DNA of 64,000 nt from Lytechinus pictus (Eukaryota), in contig NC_087251.1 in assembly GCF_037042905.1 (NCBI RefSeq), positions 5,954,001 to 6,018,000 of the forward strand, given 5' to 3'. Positions 23,688 through 35,355 of this stretch are shown here, piece after piece (position 1 is the first letter of the stretch; each line of letters starts with the position of its first letter). The notes under the pieces are model-generated. The model made no database searches, was not told the origin of the DNA, and saw only the letters and a list, made by a program, of their open reading frames with translations. The position numbers and the translations under genes were made by a program.

Positions 23688-24094
23688 AAAAATACAGGAA
23701 GTATGTTGCACAAGACAGGTGAATTGAGATGGAAGATGCTTTCAAATCGACTCCACGAAGAAGAATGCTAACTTGTTAGAAATTGGCTTTTGCCCCCTCC
23801 CGAAATTACCACGTCAGCTAACGCGACGTAGCATTTTTAGCCACGCCTCCTTGTAATGTCCGAAAAATACCAAAATTCGCAACGCAACATTTTTTGGCCA
23901 CGCCTCCTCGTGAAGTCCGACAAAATACCATATTTGGCATCGCAACATATCTCCGCCAGGGCAAAGGAATTCGCCTGACTAGGCCCTTTCCTTGTAAAAC
24001 ACCTGTTACGTACCGCTGGCGGGCTATGTTGTTGTCCAGCTAGTCTGACCTGAGATAACCTCTCATTAACTCGCTTCGCGCGTTAAGAGGTATT
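23688..24094 (-). repeat. Split direct repeat A1 (5' end; probable internal promoter)
   Basis: Copy of A2. On - it contains a ~58-bp tandem duplication, each unit with GGAGGCGTGGC (Sp/KLF-like), followed by TGACGT and CCAAT upstream of gag. The promoter role is inferred. Confidence 0.9.
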
Positions 24095-25793
24095 TCTATG
24101 TAATTCTAATTAGGGTTATTTTTCAATTAGGAGCAAAGATAAAGTAAATTGAGATAAATGATATTAGTTCAGTGGTTGAATATTGTTAAAAGGCTGATAA
24201 TAAAGTTATGAGCTTTTGTCTGGTCCCATACGTCACAGCGCATACTAATTAAAATATTACATCATAAATGGAATTGTAGATCATTAATTTTTTTACTGAA
24301 TAAAGAGGGCACAACTGGCCTTCCAAAATCCATAAAAGATTCTCTGTTGTGCATTTATTTTACACAACTTTAAAGTCTCTAAATGTCCCATACGTCACAA
24401 GTCAAATAGCTTGGACCTGCCCTCTCTAGTAAATATCAAAGTTTAGAGTCCTTTTCAGATGAAATGAAAAATTAAATCTTTCACCCTTATGTTACAGAGT
24501 AGACTGATACTGATATAAAATAAGTAAACTTAATAATCTTAGTATCTTGAATTATATCAGGGACAGATGATTTGCATTTTACCCAGTTTTGTAAAAAACC
24601 ACTTTTCAATATAAACTGTGCATTTAAACTTAAAAAGTCATAACATAATTTTCCATAATTTTCTATATTAAGAAGAATAGTGACATTACAAGAGAATGTG
24701 ATAAATTTGATCTAAAATTCAAACTCAAGTTTCCAGATATTGTTACAGAAAATGACATGACATCCTTTAAGCAGTGTTAAGATTTAAGTTTTTATAAAGA
24801 GCCAGTATGATTCATATATATTGATTGATCTTTATAAAGCACTAACATACCAGTATTACAAGTAATATTAAAAAAAAACAGTACACAATTTTCAATTTTT
24901 TTATTTCATCAATATAGATATAAAGTGATTTCTGCTCATGCTTTTAGAGTCATTTTTGTTCTCTCTTCATCATACTATTGAAAAAAATCTTGAATAAAGA
25001 TATAACAAGCCGGTCAAATATGTAGATTGTTCAAAAATTAGACCAAATATGCATCTACGATGCAATGTAGAATGGATAGATAGAAAGATATGTAAATGAT
25101 ATATATAAAAAAATGAAGAGATATGTGTAATGTTTTTAACCTTGTTTATGCAAACATTCTTTGTCCATTCTCATCCTGCAGTACCAGTATGTGTGATAAG
25201 TGAAAAATGCCTAATTTGATGTTATCTTGTTGCTTTATACTTATATTGATAAAAGCGTGTGATGTACTAAAGCTGACATTTCTAGGATGATATTTAGGTA
25301 TATGTACATGTGTTGAAAGAAAACATGTTATATGTATAAATATAAATGTTGGGATATTCACTATTGATTGAATAGATGATAAACTATAAAAAAACAATCA
25401 GATTAGCAATTATTCATAGACAGATAAACACATAACCCAGATAACAAGTTGTTATCAGAATGTGTCATTAGAGCTGTTCAAACCCACCTGACAAGGAAAA
25501 ATTGATATGTGATTAGCCAACCCAAAACCAACAATAAGTCGCCCAGAGATTTCATTGAGCTTGAAAAAACACATATAAAGATATTAAATGATTTGAAACT
25601 CAAATTTGAAGAAATTCAACAAGAGCTTCAAACAATAAGGAGACAACAATGTTTCAAGTTCAGGGTTCACTGAAGCATGAGTGTGCATATAGTCCACAAA
25701 AATTGGTGTTAAAAACTATTCTATCTTGTCTTTTTTTAATAATCAACTTTACGATTTCATTTTTTTGACTGCAAGAAGAAGAATTACTCTTTC

Positions 25794-25939
25794 TGGGCCC
25801 TATTGCATAAAAGTTAGTATTATGGTAACTACCATGGTAACAAAAGTGACCCAACAGCCAATCAAAATCAAGAATTTCATGAAAGATACAATTGGATGGC
25901 AAAGATACCATAATAGTAACTTTTATGCAATGGGGCCCA
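25794..25939. mobile_element. Short Harbinger-like MITE
   Basis: ~34-bp TIRs TGGGCCC(T/C)ATTGCATAAAAGTTA(G/C)TATTATGGTA. Confidence 0.65.
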
Positions 25940-26143
25940 AATAAGCAAATTTTTTAGCTTTTGCTTTTGAAGGCCACAGATTACTATTTTCACTACAGAG
26001 AACCTTATTGATGGTTTTAGTGTGGCTGGTCACAAATGTAAGATAAAATAAATCATTCAGACCTCAAAATAACAAATTTAATTATTGTAATTGTGCATTC
26101 AGACCTGTCTGAACCCAGAAAACGATCTTGTTTATGAATTCTG

Positions 26144-26738
26144 TTTTTGTCTCACCTGCGAAGCAGAGTGAGACTATAGGCGCCGCTTTTCCGACGGCAG
26201 CGGCGTCAACACCAAATCTTAACCGAAAGTTAAGTTTTTGAAATGACAGCATAACTTAGAAAGTATATAGACCTAGTTCATGAAACTTGGCCATAAGGTT
26301 AATCAAGTATTACTGAACATCCTGTGCAAGTTTCAGGTCACATGATCAAGGTCAAAGGTCATTTAGGGTCAATGAACTTTGGCCAAATTAGGGTATTTGT
26401 TGAATTACAGCCATGAATTTGAAAGTGTGTTGGTCTAGTTCATAAAACTTGGACATAATAGTAATCAAGTATCACTGAACATCCTGTGCGAGTTTCAGGT
26501 CACATGATCAAGGTCAAAGGTCATGTAAGGTCAAAGAATTTTGGCCACGTTGGGGGTATTTGTTGAATTGCCATCATATCTCTATAAGTGTATTGGTCTA
26601 GTTAATAAAACGTGGAAATAAGAGTAACCAAGTATCACTGAACATCTTGTGCGAGTTATAGTAGTTTTCAAAATCAGCACTGCTGCTATATTGAATCGCG
26701 TGATGCAGGTGAGACGGCCAGAGGCATTCCACTTGTTT
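26144..26738 (+). mobile_element. HINE/DINE-1-like element with short tandem array
   Basis: TTTTT-GTCTCACCTGCGAAGCAGAGTGAGAC 5' hairpin, GACGGC microsatellite and ~165-bp units with AGGTCAAAGGTCA. Ends with the 3' subterminal IR GCAGGTGAGAC, a hairpin and TTGTTT. Confidence 0.75.
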
Positions 26739-27985
26739 GTCCTACCAATTCTAGGTCCAATGCTCTCAATCATGCAAGGGGGGGTGCATCAATGTGTTGG
26801 ATAAATACTATTTAAGCCTTGTCTTAGGATATCATCTTTGACTTTTTTTCCATTATTATATAATTGTATTGCTCTACCAATCATTTTATAAATAAATCAT
26901 TTCATAATTCTTTCTTTTTTGGGAATTTATCATCTCATAGTCAAAAGTTTTGTAACTTCATTATTTTTTTTTTACAAAGGACACTGCCCGAAGTCTTTTC
27001 ATTTCTGATACAAAAGTACAGGTCTTGAAGATAAACAGGACATGTATACTTGTCAGTTAACTTTTGAAGTTGTAATGTAGATGATGTTTGAGGGATGATG
27101 ATAATATATAGTTGTCTCCTTCAATGATTCATGCTCCAGATAACCTAAACAGAATTCATCTTGGATGTAGGCCTATTCCCTTTTCTCTTTTATCTTAATG
27201 CATAATCCATGCTCTAAAGCTTTCTAGTCTGACTATCCATAGCGACGATCTCTTTGTTCTTCCCTCCATGCGTGACAATAGGCTGGAAGCCCTCTCGTAA
27301 CTTATTCTTCACATCAACAACAACAAAAACAAATCCATGGCCAAAACAATCGTACCAGCTCAAGCAGAGATATAAGAGAAGGAAGGGGGAAAGAAAGGCG
27401 AGGAAATAGGTCAGAGACAGTTGAAATTGGGTCAGACTGTCGCTTGGCCTACATCTCTCCACGCATCATCTCATCATCGTCCCTTCCCTCTGCTACTCTT
27501 GAGATCTTAATGCATCCGCAATAACGCACCAATTTGCAAATGAGTTGAATTTTTCCCTGTCACGCTTGAGAGAAAGACAATCAGAATTTGGGAAGAGAGG
27601 GATGCCTCTGGAGAGTTTTTTCCGAGTGGGACGGCTATTTGTTAAAGTCTTTTTCCACAATTCTGTCTCTCTCAACATGGACAATATTGGCTTGGTTATT
27701 GGCGATCTTGCTTCAGGCGGTCGATGATGGGCAAAGGAGCTGTTAAGAGATGACAAAATGTGTGAAAATAGATATTATGATTGGCTGGTATCATGTGGGG
27801 TATATCTTGTTGACTTGATTGGTTTAGTGAACTAAGATCCACCTTGGGGATGGGGTATTACCTCATGAGTTTAATTGTTACTTTGTTATTTGGTATAAGG
27901 TTAGGGAAGCTAATCATCTGGAGATGATATCAAGCTGAGGGGACAGAAATAGAGGAAACACTATTTTAAAGAGGACAAACTCTTA

Positions 27986-28363
27986 TACCCCTTTCATAAA
28001 CCCATCCTCCAATTATCCGCCTAAGAGTAATGCGGATAATTCAATAAAAATTGCATTCAAAAACTCCGAAAATAATCCGCACTATTTTTTACGAGCGCCC
28101 GACCTGAAAAAGGCGGATAATTGTCATGGCAACTGCACACACCCCCTCCGATGGGGTTGTGTTGGAAAAGGGTGACCTTGTGACCGCACCATGGCAATTA
28201 TCTGCATTACTTTGGAAATGCGTTCATAAAGTCAAAATCTGGTCCTGATGCCGCTATTATGCGGATAATTGCAGCATCGAAATAATGCGGATAACTCTGG
28301 TCCCGCTCCGATTTTACGACCAAATTATAATATAAAACCATAATTGGGTTTATGAAAGGGGTA
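27986..28363. mobile_element. PIF/Harbinger-like MITE
   Basis: Perfect 19-bp TIRs TACCCCTTTCATAAACCCA, TTA TSD on both sides, repeated GCGGATAA subterminal motif. Confidence 0.85.
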
Positions 28364-29559
28364 TTAGAGCCCTCATAAAATATAGAGTCTTTGAAATAAA
28401 GCAAATAGATTGCTAACATTTGAGATTCTTAACGTTTAAAAAAAGAAATTTTGATTGAAAAACGGGTGTTCATGATATAAGTTATTTTTCTAAAACGGTT
28501 GAATAATCCCGAAAGAACAGGAACAAAAAATAAGATGTATTCAACTATTCATGTACTTATTTACATCTCATGAATATTGCCTTTTGTTGAATAATGTTGG
28601 ACCTTGTACACTTTAATTATATCATATGAAATAATAGTATGAATTGTCTCCCCTAACGGCCCTAAGTTTTGAAATTTTCAAGTATTCTTAACTTTTTATG
28701 TTAAAATTAATCGAGAATCTTCATATTTTCGTCATAGAGAATTGTTTTATTAAAAGTAAATATCCTGACCAGAAATATGATTGATACAGTTTAGTAGATT
28801 ACAGTAGTGGAAGAATGTGAGTCATCCATGCACGTTATTTAAAGCGAATTTTATCATTTATTGCCTATCAGATTTATAAATTATTTTTTTCTTCTTGAGA
28901 TTAATTATTTTCAATGTATTAATTTATTGTCACACAATGTTAAGAGTTATTGATAAAACATTTGTTTTGCGAAAGATGCAGTCTAGAATAAAAAAAAAAA
29001 AAAAAAATTTTTCATGGTCTGGTAAACGATAATTTTCTTGATTTTGGTATAAAACCACTTTTCATACATGGAATGGGATAAATATTTCAAGATACAATGT
29101 CTGTGTATAGCATTTCAAAACAATGGCTATATCTTTAAGATAAGTGTTCAGGAGAGCCTTTATTAAGAAAATCATAAAATATATAATAAAATTTTCAAAA
29201 TTACACAACGCTTCAATGAATGGGCAAAGATGTGGTCACTAAATAATTACATATTTGCTTCAACACCTTTCACCTACCTTTTGCTGCACTCAACCCAAGT
29301 GAAGAAAAAAAAGATGGCTTAATCAATAGGGTACATTCCCTGAAAGCACTGAATGTTGAAAGGTGGCTGAAACCTTGGTTGTGATATTTCATAGTAATAT
29401 CCAATAGTATTTGAAAATGCATTAAAAAACATAACAGTATAATTTTATGAAAATGATGATCACGAAAATGAAATTGTTTTTAGTAGTTAAAAATTAAATT
29501 TATTATAAAACTAGATGGATTCTCAGAAGTCAAATTTACTCCTCTGTTATTGCACTGTG

Positions 29560-29850
29560 GGGGGCATCATGGTCTAGTGGTTATACTCATCTTTCAATCT
29601 GAGGGATGTGGGTTCAATTCCCAGCCATGGTGTGTTTTCTTTCAGCAAGAAATTTACCCACATTGTGCTGCACTCGACCCAGGTGATGTCAATGGGTATC
29701 TGGTAGGACAAAATTCCTTGAGTGCCAGAGCGCCTTTAGGCAGCACGGCTATAGCCGGGGTAATAATAATGGAAACATTATTGTAATGCACAGTTGAGTG
29801 TATATACATATAGAAATTGCGCAGTATAAATGAACAATTACTATTATTAT
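29560..29850 (+). mobile_element. tRNA-derived SINE (second family)
   Basis: A box TGGTCTAGTGG, B box GGTTCAATTCC, body TTCAGCAAGAAATTTACCCACATTGTGCTGCACTCGACCCAGGTG and a (TAT)n tail. Related copies lie at ~29210-29330 and 49832-50100. Confidence 0.7.
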
Positions 29851-32800
29851 CGCACCAAATTGCGCACTTCTAAAAAAAAGCTGTCATTATCTCATGAGAT
29901 ATGACTCCCATACAGGGGCTGTGGAATGGTTTTGAAAGCAGGGTTGGGAGAGGGACTTTTATGGGGGGGGGGGGCTGACCATGCATAAAATCACAACCAG
30001 ATGAAATAATTACGTTTTTGTACTTTTATCAAAAAGGGGGGATCTTCGGCCAAGTCATTCCAAAATTCCAAAGACTTTAGAAATTTAACCTTCTGCCTTC
30101 TAGCTTGGCACTTGGTATTTAGAATGGAAAAGGGTTATGCAGGGCTAGCTAGTAGAGCAATTTTATAGCTGAAGTGGCTACCTTGGGTAAATATAACATT
30201 GTTATTATCATTTAAGGACGTTCCCCAGTTATGTTTGTGCGCATCCCCATCTGCGCATATTTTTTTCCAGTCATCTGTACTCTTAACAGCAAATCTTGAT
30301 GTGTTATTTTTACAAAGCTATTAGCTGAAAATATTCTTATGGGCCAACCTTTTAAACGTCCTACCTCTTCAGAATACTTTACTCTGCAATGCTGCGAAGT
30401 ATGAGGAATATGACTTTGAATTTGATTAAATGGGATAGAGGTGTAGATTTTTTCTTTATGTAGATTCAAGCCTTTTGACACTTTTTTGTGTTCTTAAAAA
30501 CACACATGAACCCCCAATTTTTATGGTCATACCTCTTTAGTATACCTTCTTCTACATGTATGCAAAATTTGGTAAAAATGACTTGGGTTTTGAATGAATG
30601 GCAGCATTTATTGTACTTCTTAAATTTGTGATATAAATTTCATATTTTTTAGATACGTTTTTGTAGTCTTTCACACCTTATTTTCAAAATTGAAGATGCT
30701 GCTACTCTTTAACAAGCAAATGAATAGCAATATGTATCAGCGGGTTCTTTTTCTTAAGTATACAAGTATAATGTTCATTTTGATGAAATTTAGAAGGATT
30801 TTGACTGATTTCTCGAAACCGTTCAAATGGGGGAACCTCAAAGCTCGTTAGAAAAATATCAAGCACATGAACCTTTTAATTTGTGCATATTTGGAATATT
30901 TAAGTGCTGAAGTATCTGTGCAAAATTTGGTGAACATGACATGGATTTCATTTTAACTGTGGAACATACTTAAAAGGGATCATTTTGAAGCTAAATGTCA
31001 GGGATTAGTGAGAAGTTTTAATGATTGGATTCAAAATTATGAATAGTAAAATATGAAGTTTGTTTCAACAAGAAAGTATTTTGAATTGTTAAAAATCTGA
31101 GACTATTAAACCCTGTGTATCTGGCTTGTAGTGACCTCTTACTTGGTATCTTACCTTTTTCCATTTGTTTATTCTTTGTTGTATTTATGCATTTCAAAAG
31201 CTTCAAGAGAAATGGGGACAGGAAATTATAGATGATTGCCTCTTGCCGCTTAAACCAAACCCATTACAAATCAATCAAAGCCTTTTTCTTGGTTGAATTC
31301 AGGTTAATGTGAAAATCTTCAGAGTGCAGCTCTGCTTTATTTGAAGAAAATCTTGATATATCGCCACAATTTCCACCAAATATCTCTGGTTACCACCAAT
31401 GTTATACCACCCTCTGTACCCTAACTGTTCTCAAAAGATTTGTTTATAGAAATCCATACCAGGCAATGCACGCTCTACTTCTCTCACAAGATGAAGACTA
31501 TTATTTTTTGTACTCTTGACAATCCCCAGGGGGGAAATAAACCCCATTTCTTGACAAATCTTGCTTGAAAAATTTGTAACTCCTACCCAAGGTATGAAAA
31601 TTCATAAGATCCCAGATCTGAGCAAGTAGAATCTATCAGTGATCATTCATACCCGGTTCCTCCTCTCTCTGTCGCACTCTTAATTTTGATTGCTCTGAGG
31701 GCTTTTTACATTTTGTTCTCTTTCTGCTTTCACTAATTTGCGTTAGATGGGGCACCAACAAGTGCAGTGACTTGTGACTTGCCGATATGCCCTGGGGCGC
31801 ATCCGCTTTTCCGTGATGTAAGAAATGGAGAAGGGAAAAAGCGCTTTCTTTCAGGTCTGTGCTAAGCTGACCCAATTTTGGTTGTCTAACGATCCTTGTA
31901 TTGCTCCCTGGCCTGTGGTTGTTATCAGTCTTATTTACTCATCTAAACCTCATGGGCATGCTTAGTTAATTTAGCTGGGCGTATACAGATGATACCAGCT
32001 ATCTTGATACAGGGCTGAAGAGACATGGAGGTGCAAGTCATCACCCCATGAAACATTGGCCCCTAGGCAGAAGAAAGTTACAGAAATATTACGTCTTACA
32101 TCTGCATCTATTGACTTAAGAATGGTGGTCGTGGAGGGGGGGTGTAAACATCACTTTTTAAGTGTTTTGCAAAATGGGTCAAGTGATGTGTCTAATTATC
32201 ACCATTGCTAATAAATCTGTCAAGATGTTATCTCTGAAGGCACAGGAGGGTTTTCTTTGGGAGAATGTGTTAAGTATTCAACTATAAAAAAAAAATGTGC
32301 CACACCTGAATATTTCATGTAATATTAGTCATTGTCCCTGTTCTTTTAATTTATTCATAATTAAAGAAATAGTTAACGGATTGCCTTTTGTATAGTACAG
32401 CATTCTTATGACATGGACCTGCATAATTCAGTTTTATTCATTATTCTTTTTGGTGCATTTTCTGATACCAATTTCTTCATGCTGATGCAAGAACACCATA
32501 TTTTTGCACATCGCTTGCTCGCAAAAACGCCCTTAGCAGCATGCACATCATTGCGTAAGGGCATAACTGCACCGATGTGGGTATAAAAATGTATTTCTAA
32601 GGGCGTTCTTGCACCAACACAATTTCACAATGATTTGCTGCATTGTGCTATAGTATACCTTGTTTGTATCATCTCATCAAATTGCTATTCTTCTCCCTAA
32701 AACATTGCCCCCATATAACTATTTGTGTTTGTTTTATGAAAGAATAAGAAACCCATTTGTGATATCAGTTACCGATATTGACAACATTATATGATTTGTT

Positions 32801-35355
32801 TTCAGTGATATGCTCACTACTCAGCATTCTTCAGTCATTTCTACAAATTCAATTAATATATAGCTTGAGTTATTTGAAAAATACAACCAACCTCTTTATC
32901 TTATGATTGTTTGGTAACCTGTAACAAATTAAAATGATGAAATGAGTGAAACCAGTGATTTTTTTAAATTACTGGTTAATAAGTTAATTGATTTATATCT
33001 GAAATATGAGCACACATGCTATATTTTTAATATAGATATGTGCAAAAAATCAATAAACTTCTTAATCTCACTTCTCTAGTCATCTGCATATAATATTCAG
33101 TAAGTCAATATTGATGCCTGACATTAAATTTCTTTGATGACATACATTGGAATGATAAATGTTATAGTACATATTCATTTTTTATGATACTCGTATTGAC
33201 ATAGGTTATTATTAGTAGTAGAAATATTAGTAGTAGCAGTAGCAGCTTTTAAGGTAATGGAATGTAAAATAAGCATTCAGTCAAAGACACTTAAGTATAA
33301 ATTTATTATAAGATGACAATCTTCTTTTAATGAGATGGAGTGTAATTATAACTTATATTAAACTTGAATTAGAATTATCAATCAAGGAGTGCAATATGAT
33401 TAAATGAATACTTATTGTGAATTGTGACTTTGATATTAAGAAACATAGTTGATGCATGTATTATGTTTGTTCTTTAAATAAATATTTAATGAACATAAAA
33501 GTGGTATTTTTGATTGGCAAGCTTCTTGAAAAAAAATCACTACTGACTCTGTAAAAAAAAAATCATTTTCGTCCCTAGTGCAATTAAAACTATCTGACTT
33601 GTGAAACCCTGTTTGATAAACCAGTTTACATGGCACTTTTATTTCTTTAAAAAGCTTTTGTTCTTCTCCATTTCCGTTTTCAAATTGAGAAATAGGACAA
33701 GTTATCAGTGTTGTGGTTTTGGAAACGATTTAACAAATAGTGGCAAAGTTTACAAGTTCTACAAAAGCTCGTATTTCACCCTCCATTAACGATTGCTCCA
33801 GTAAAGAGTAGTTTACCTTCTTCTTGAAGTAACCACAAACATACTGTGTATTTGGTTTGATGAGATGTAAGGAACCTGTGGTCATTTTCCCTTTGCCCAC
33901 CAAATTGAAATAAATCTATTTAAAACAAAGTTAAAATTTGTTTTTATTTAAGTTAGTTTGGTGTTCTGAGATTGAATTTTAACAATATTTTGATTGATTT
34001 CTTTTTGTATTCTATATCAATTCACACATTCATTACTCTATCAAAATGTTAGAAATTACTTGTAATCATTTTATGTGATGTGGAGACAGAGAGGGATTTA
34101 TAGACCCCACCTCATTTACATTATTTTAGAGAGTTGGGCAGTATTTATTTGTTTTCGTTTGCCCTCTTTGTTTTCTTCTTCAAGTATTTCATCTGTATAT
34201 GACAAATTATGTTAGCTTGTTTTAAGAATTAGATCACTCCTGATGGAAATTTGTAGTTGATGTATAAAATTGTGTCATCCTGAGTTTATTTTCTTTGTAT
34301 TACCTGTTGTTTCAGGCCTATTTGCTATTAACGCAGATTAGAACAGATAATTTAACACAATGTTGATCTACATTTATTTTTTTATGTATGGCTTAGTGTG
34401 AAAGAACAATTACATGTGTCAAATGACCTAGTTTACATTCGTTTCATGACTCATCTTAGGTGGGATAAATTCATCATTAGATGATCAGTAATCGATGTCC
34501 ACCATCCCTGAACCATCCAATCACTCATGAATAAGTCATTAAAAGATAGATACGGCTTGATGGCATACTAACAGTACACATTTATGTAGGCTTCATCCTC
34601 AAAGAAAAATAAGTGTGTTAGTGTTCTAATTAAAATGATGGCCGTTGCCTACCATTAATATGCATTGTAGTGTTCTCAGTCTCTTTAATGCCACCATGCT
34701 CATGAATTGTGAAGCCGCCACTTACATTTGTAGACGGTCGCTGTCGTGTGCCCTCAAGCACATCGGAGGTATCTGAAATGGCGATTAATTTGTCAAGCCA
34801 GCTCACGCGATTCCCTCGGGGTTGTCACAAGGAATTTTGTTTGATGTTCTTTTGTTGGACAACACCTCTCTGGCCTCATTTACTTGCTGTCTTTTTTGTC
34901 TCCTATATTCATCATCTCACAATTAGCTTTGTTTCTCCTTCCAATTTGACATGTTTTTTTTCAAGTGTGTATTCCTTTGTTTTTTGTCATAGTTTTAAAA
35001 TTGAAGGCTGAACATCCAAAGTGTTACATTCATTTTGACAAGAATAAACACAAACACAAAAGCTAATATTTTTTATTTATAAGTCAAAATTTATTTCTAA
35101 GTCTGGTGGCTCTCTTGTAAGCTGTATGAGCAAATTTTTTAAGATTTAATTTCAAACAATAATTGTTTGTAAATTCAGACTTGGATAAGAGTCCTTGGAT
35201 CCTTTGAATCATCAGATATGAACCAATATATGTGCAGATAAATTAATGTAACAATCATGTATTGATGAATGTGATGAAAGTTATGTACCAATGAACAGTC
35301 TTTATTGTTAAGTTACTTACAGTTTTCCTTCTTTACTTCTTCTCATAAATTGCAG

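Larger units (their letters stand above)
17026..24094 (-). mobile_element. Full-length tyrosine-recombinase retrotransposon (DIRS order, Ngaro/PAT-type split direct repeats)
   Basis: ORF order gag-like, RT/RNase H, tyrosine recombinase. Repeat layout A1(24094-23688)-ORFs-B1(18920-18307)-A2(18309-17903)-spacer-B2(17639-17026). The trinucleotide ATT is shared by both termini and the B1/A2 junction, with no classical TSD. Confidence 0.95.
15891..24423. mobile_element. Non-autonomous TIR DNA transposon hosting two nested insertions
   Basis: Perfect 19-bp TIRs AGGGCAGGTCCAAGCTATT (15891-15909 / 24405-24423). The internal motif GTGACGTA(C/T)GGGAC recurs in both orientations on both sides of the nested elements (~16070, 16233, 16991, 24223, 24385). 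Possible 2-bp TSD CT. Confidence 0.75.
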
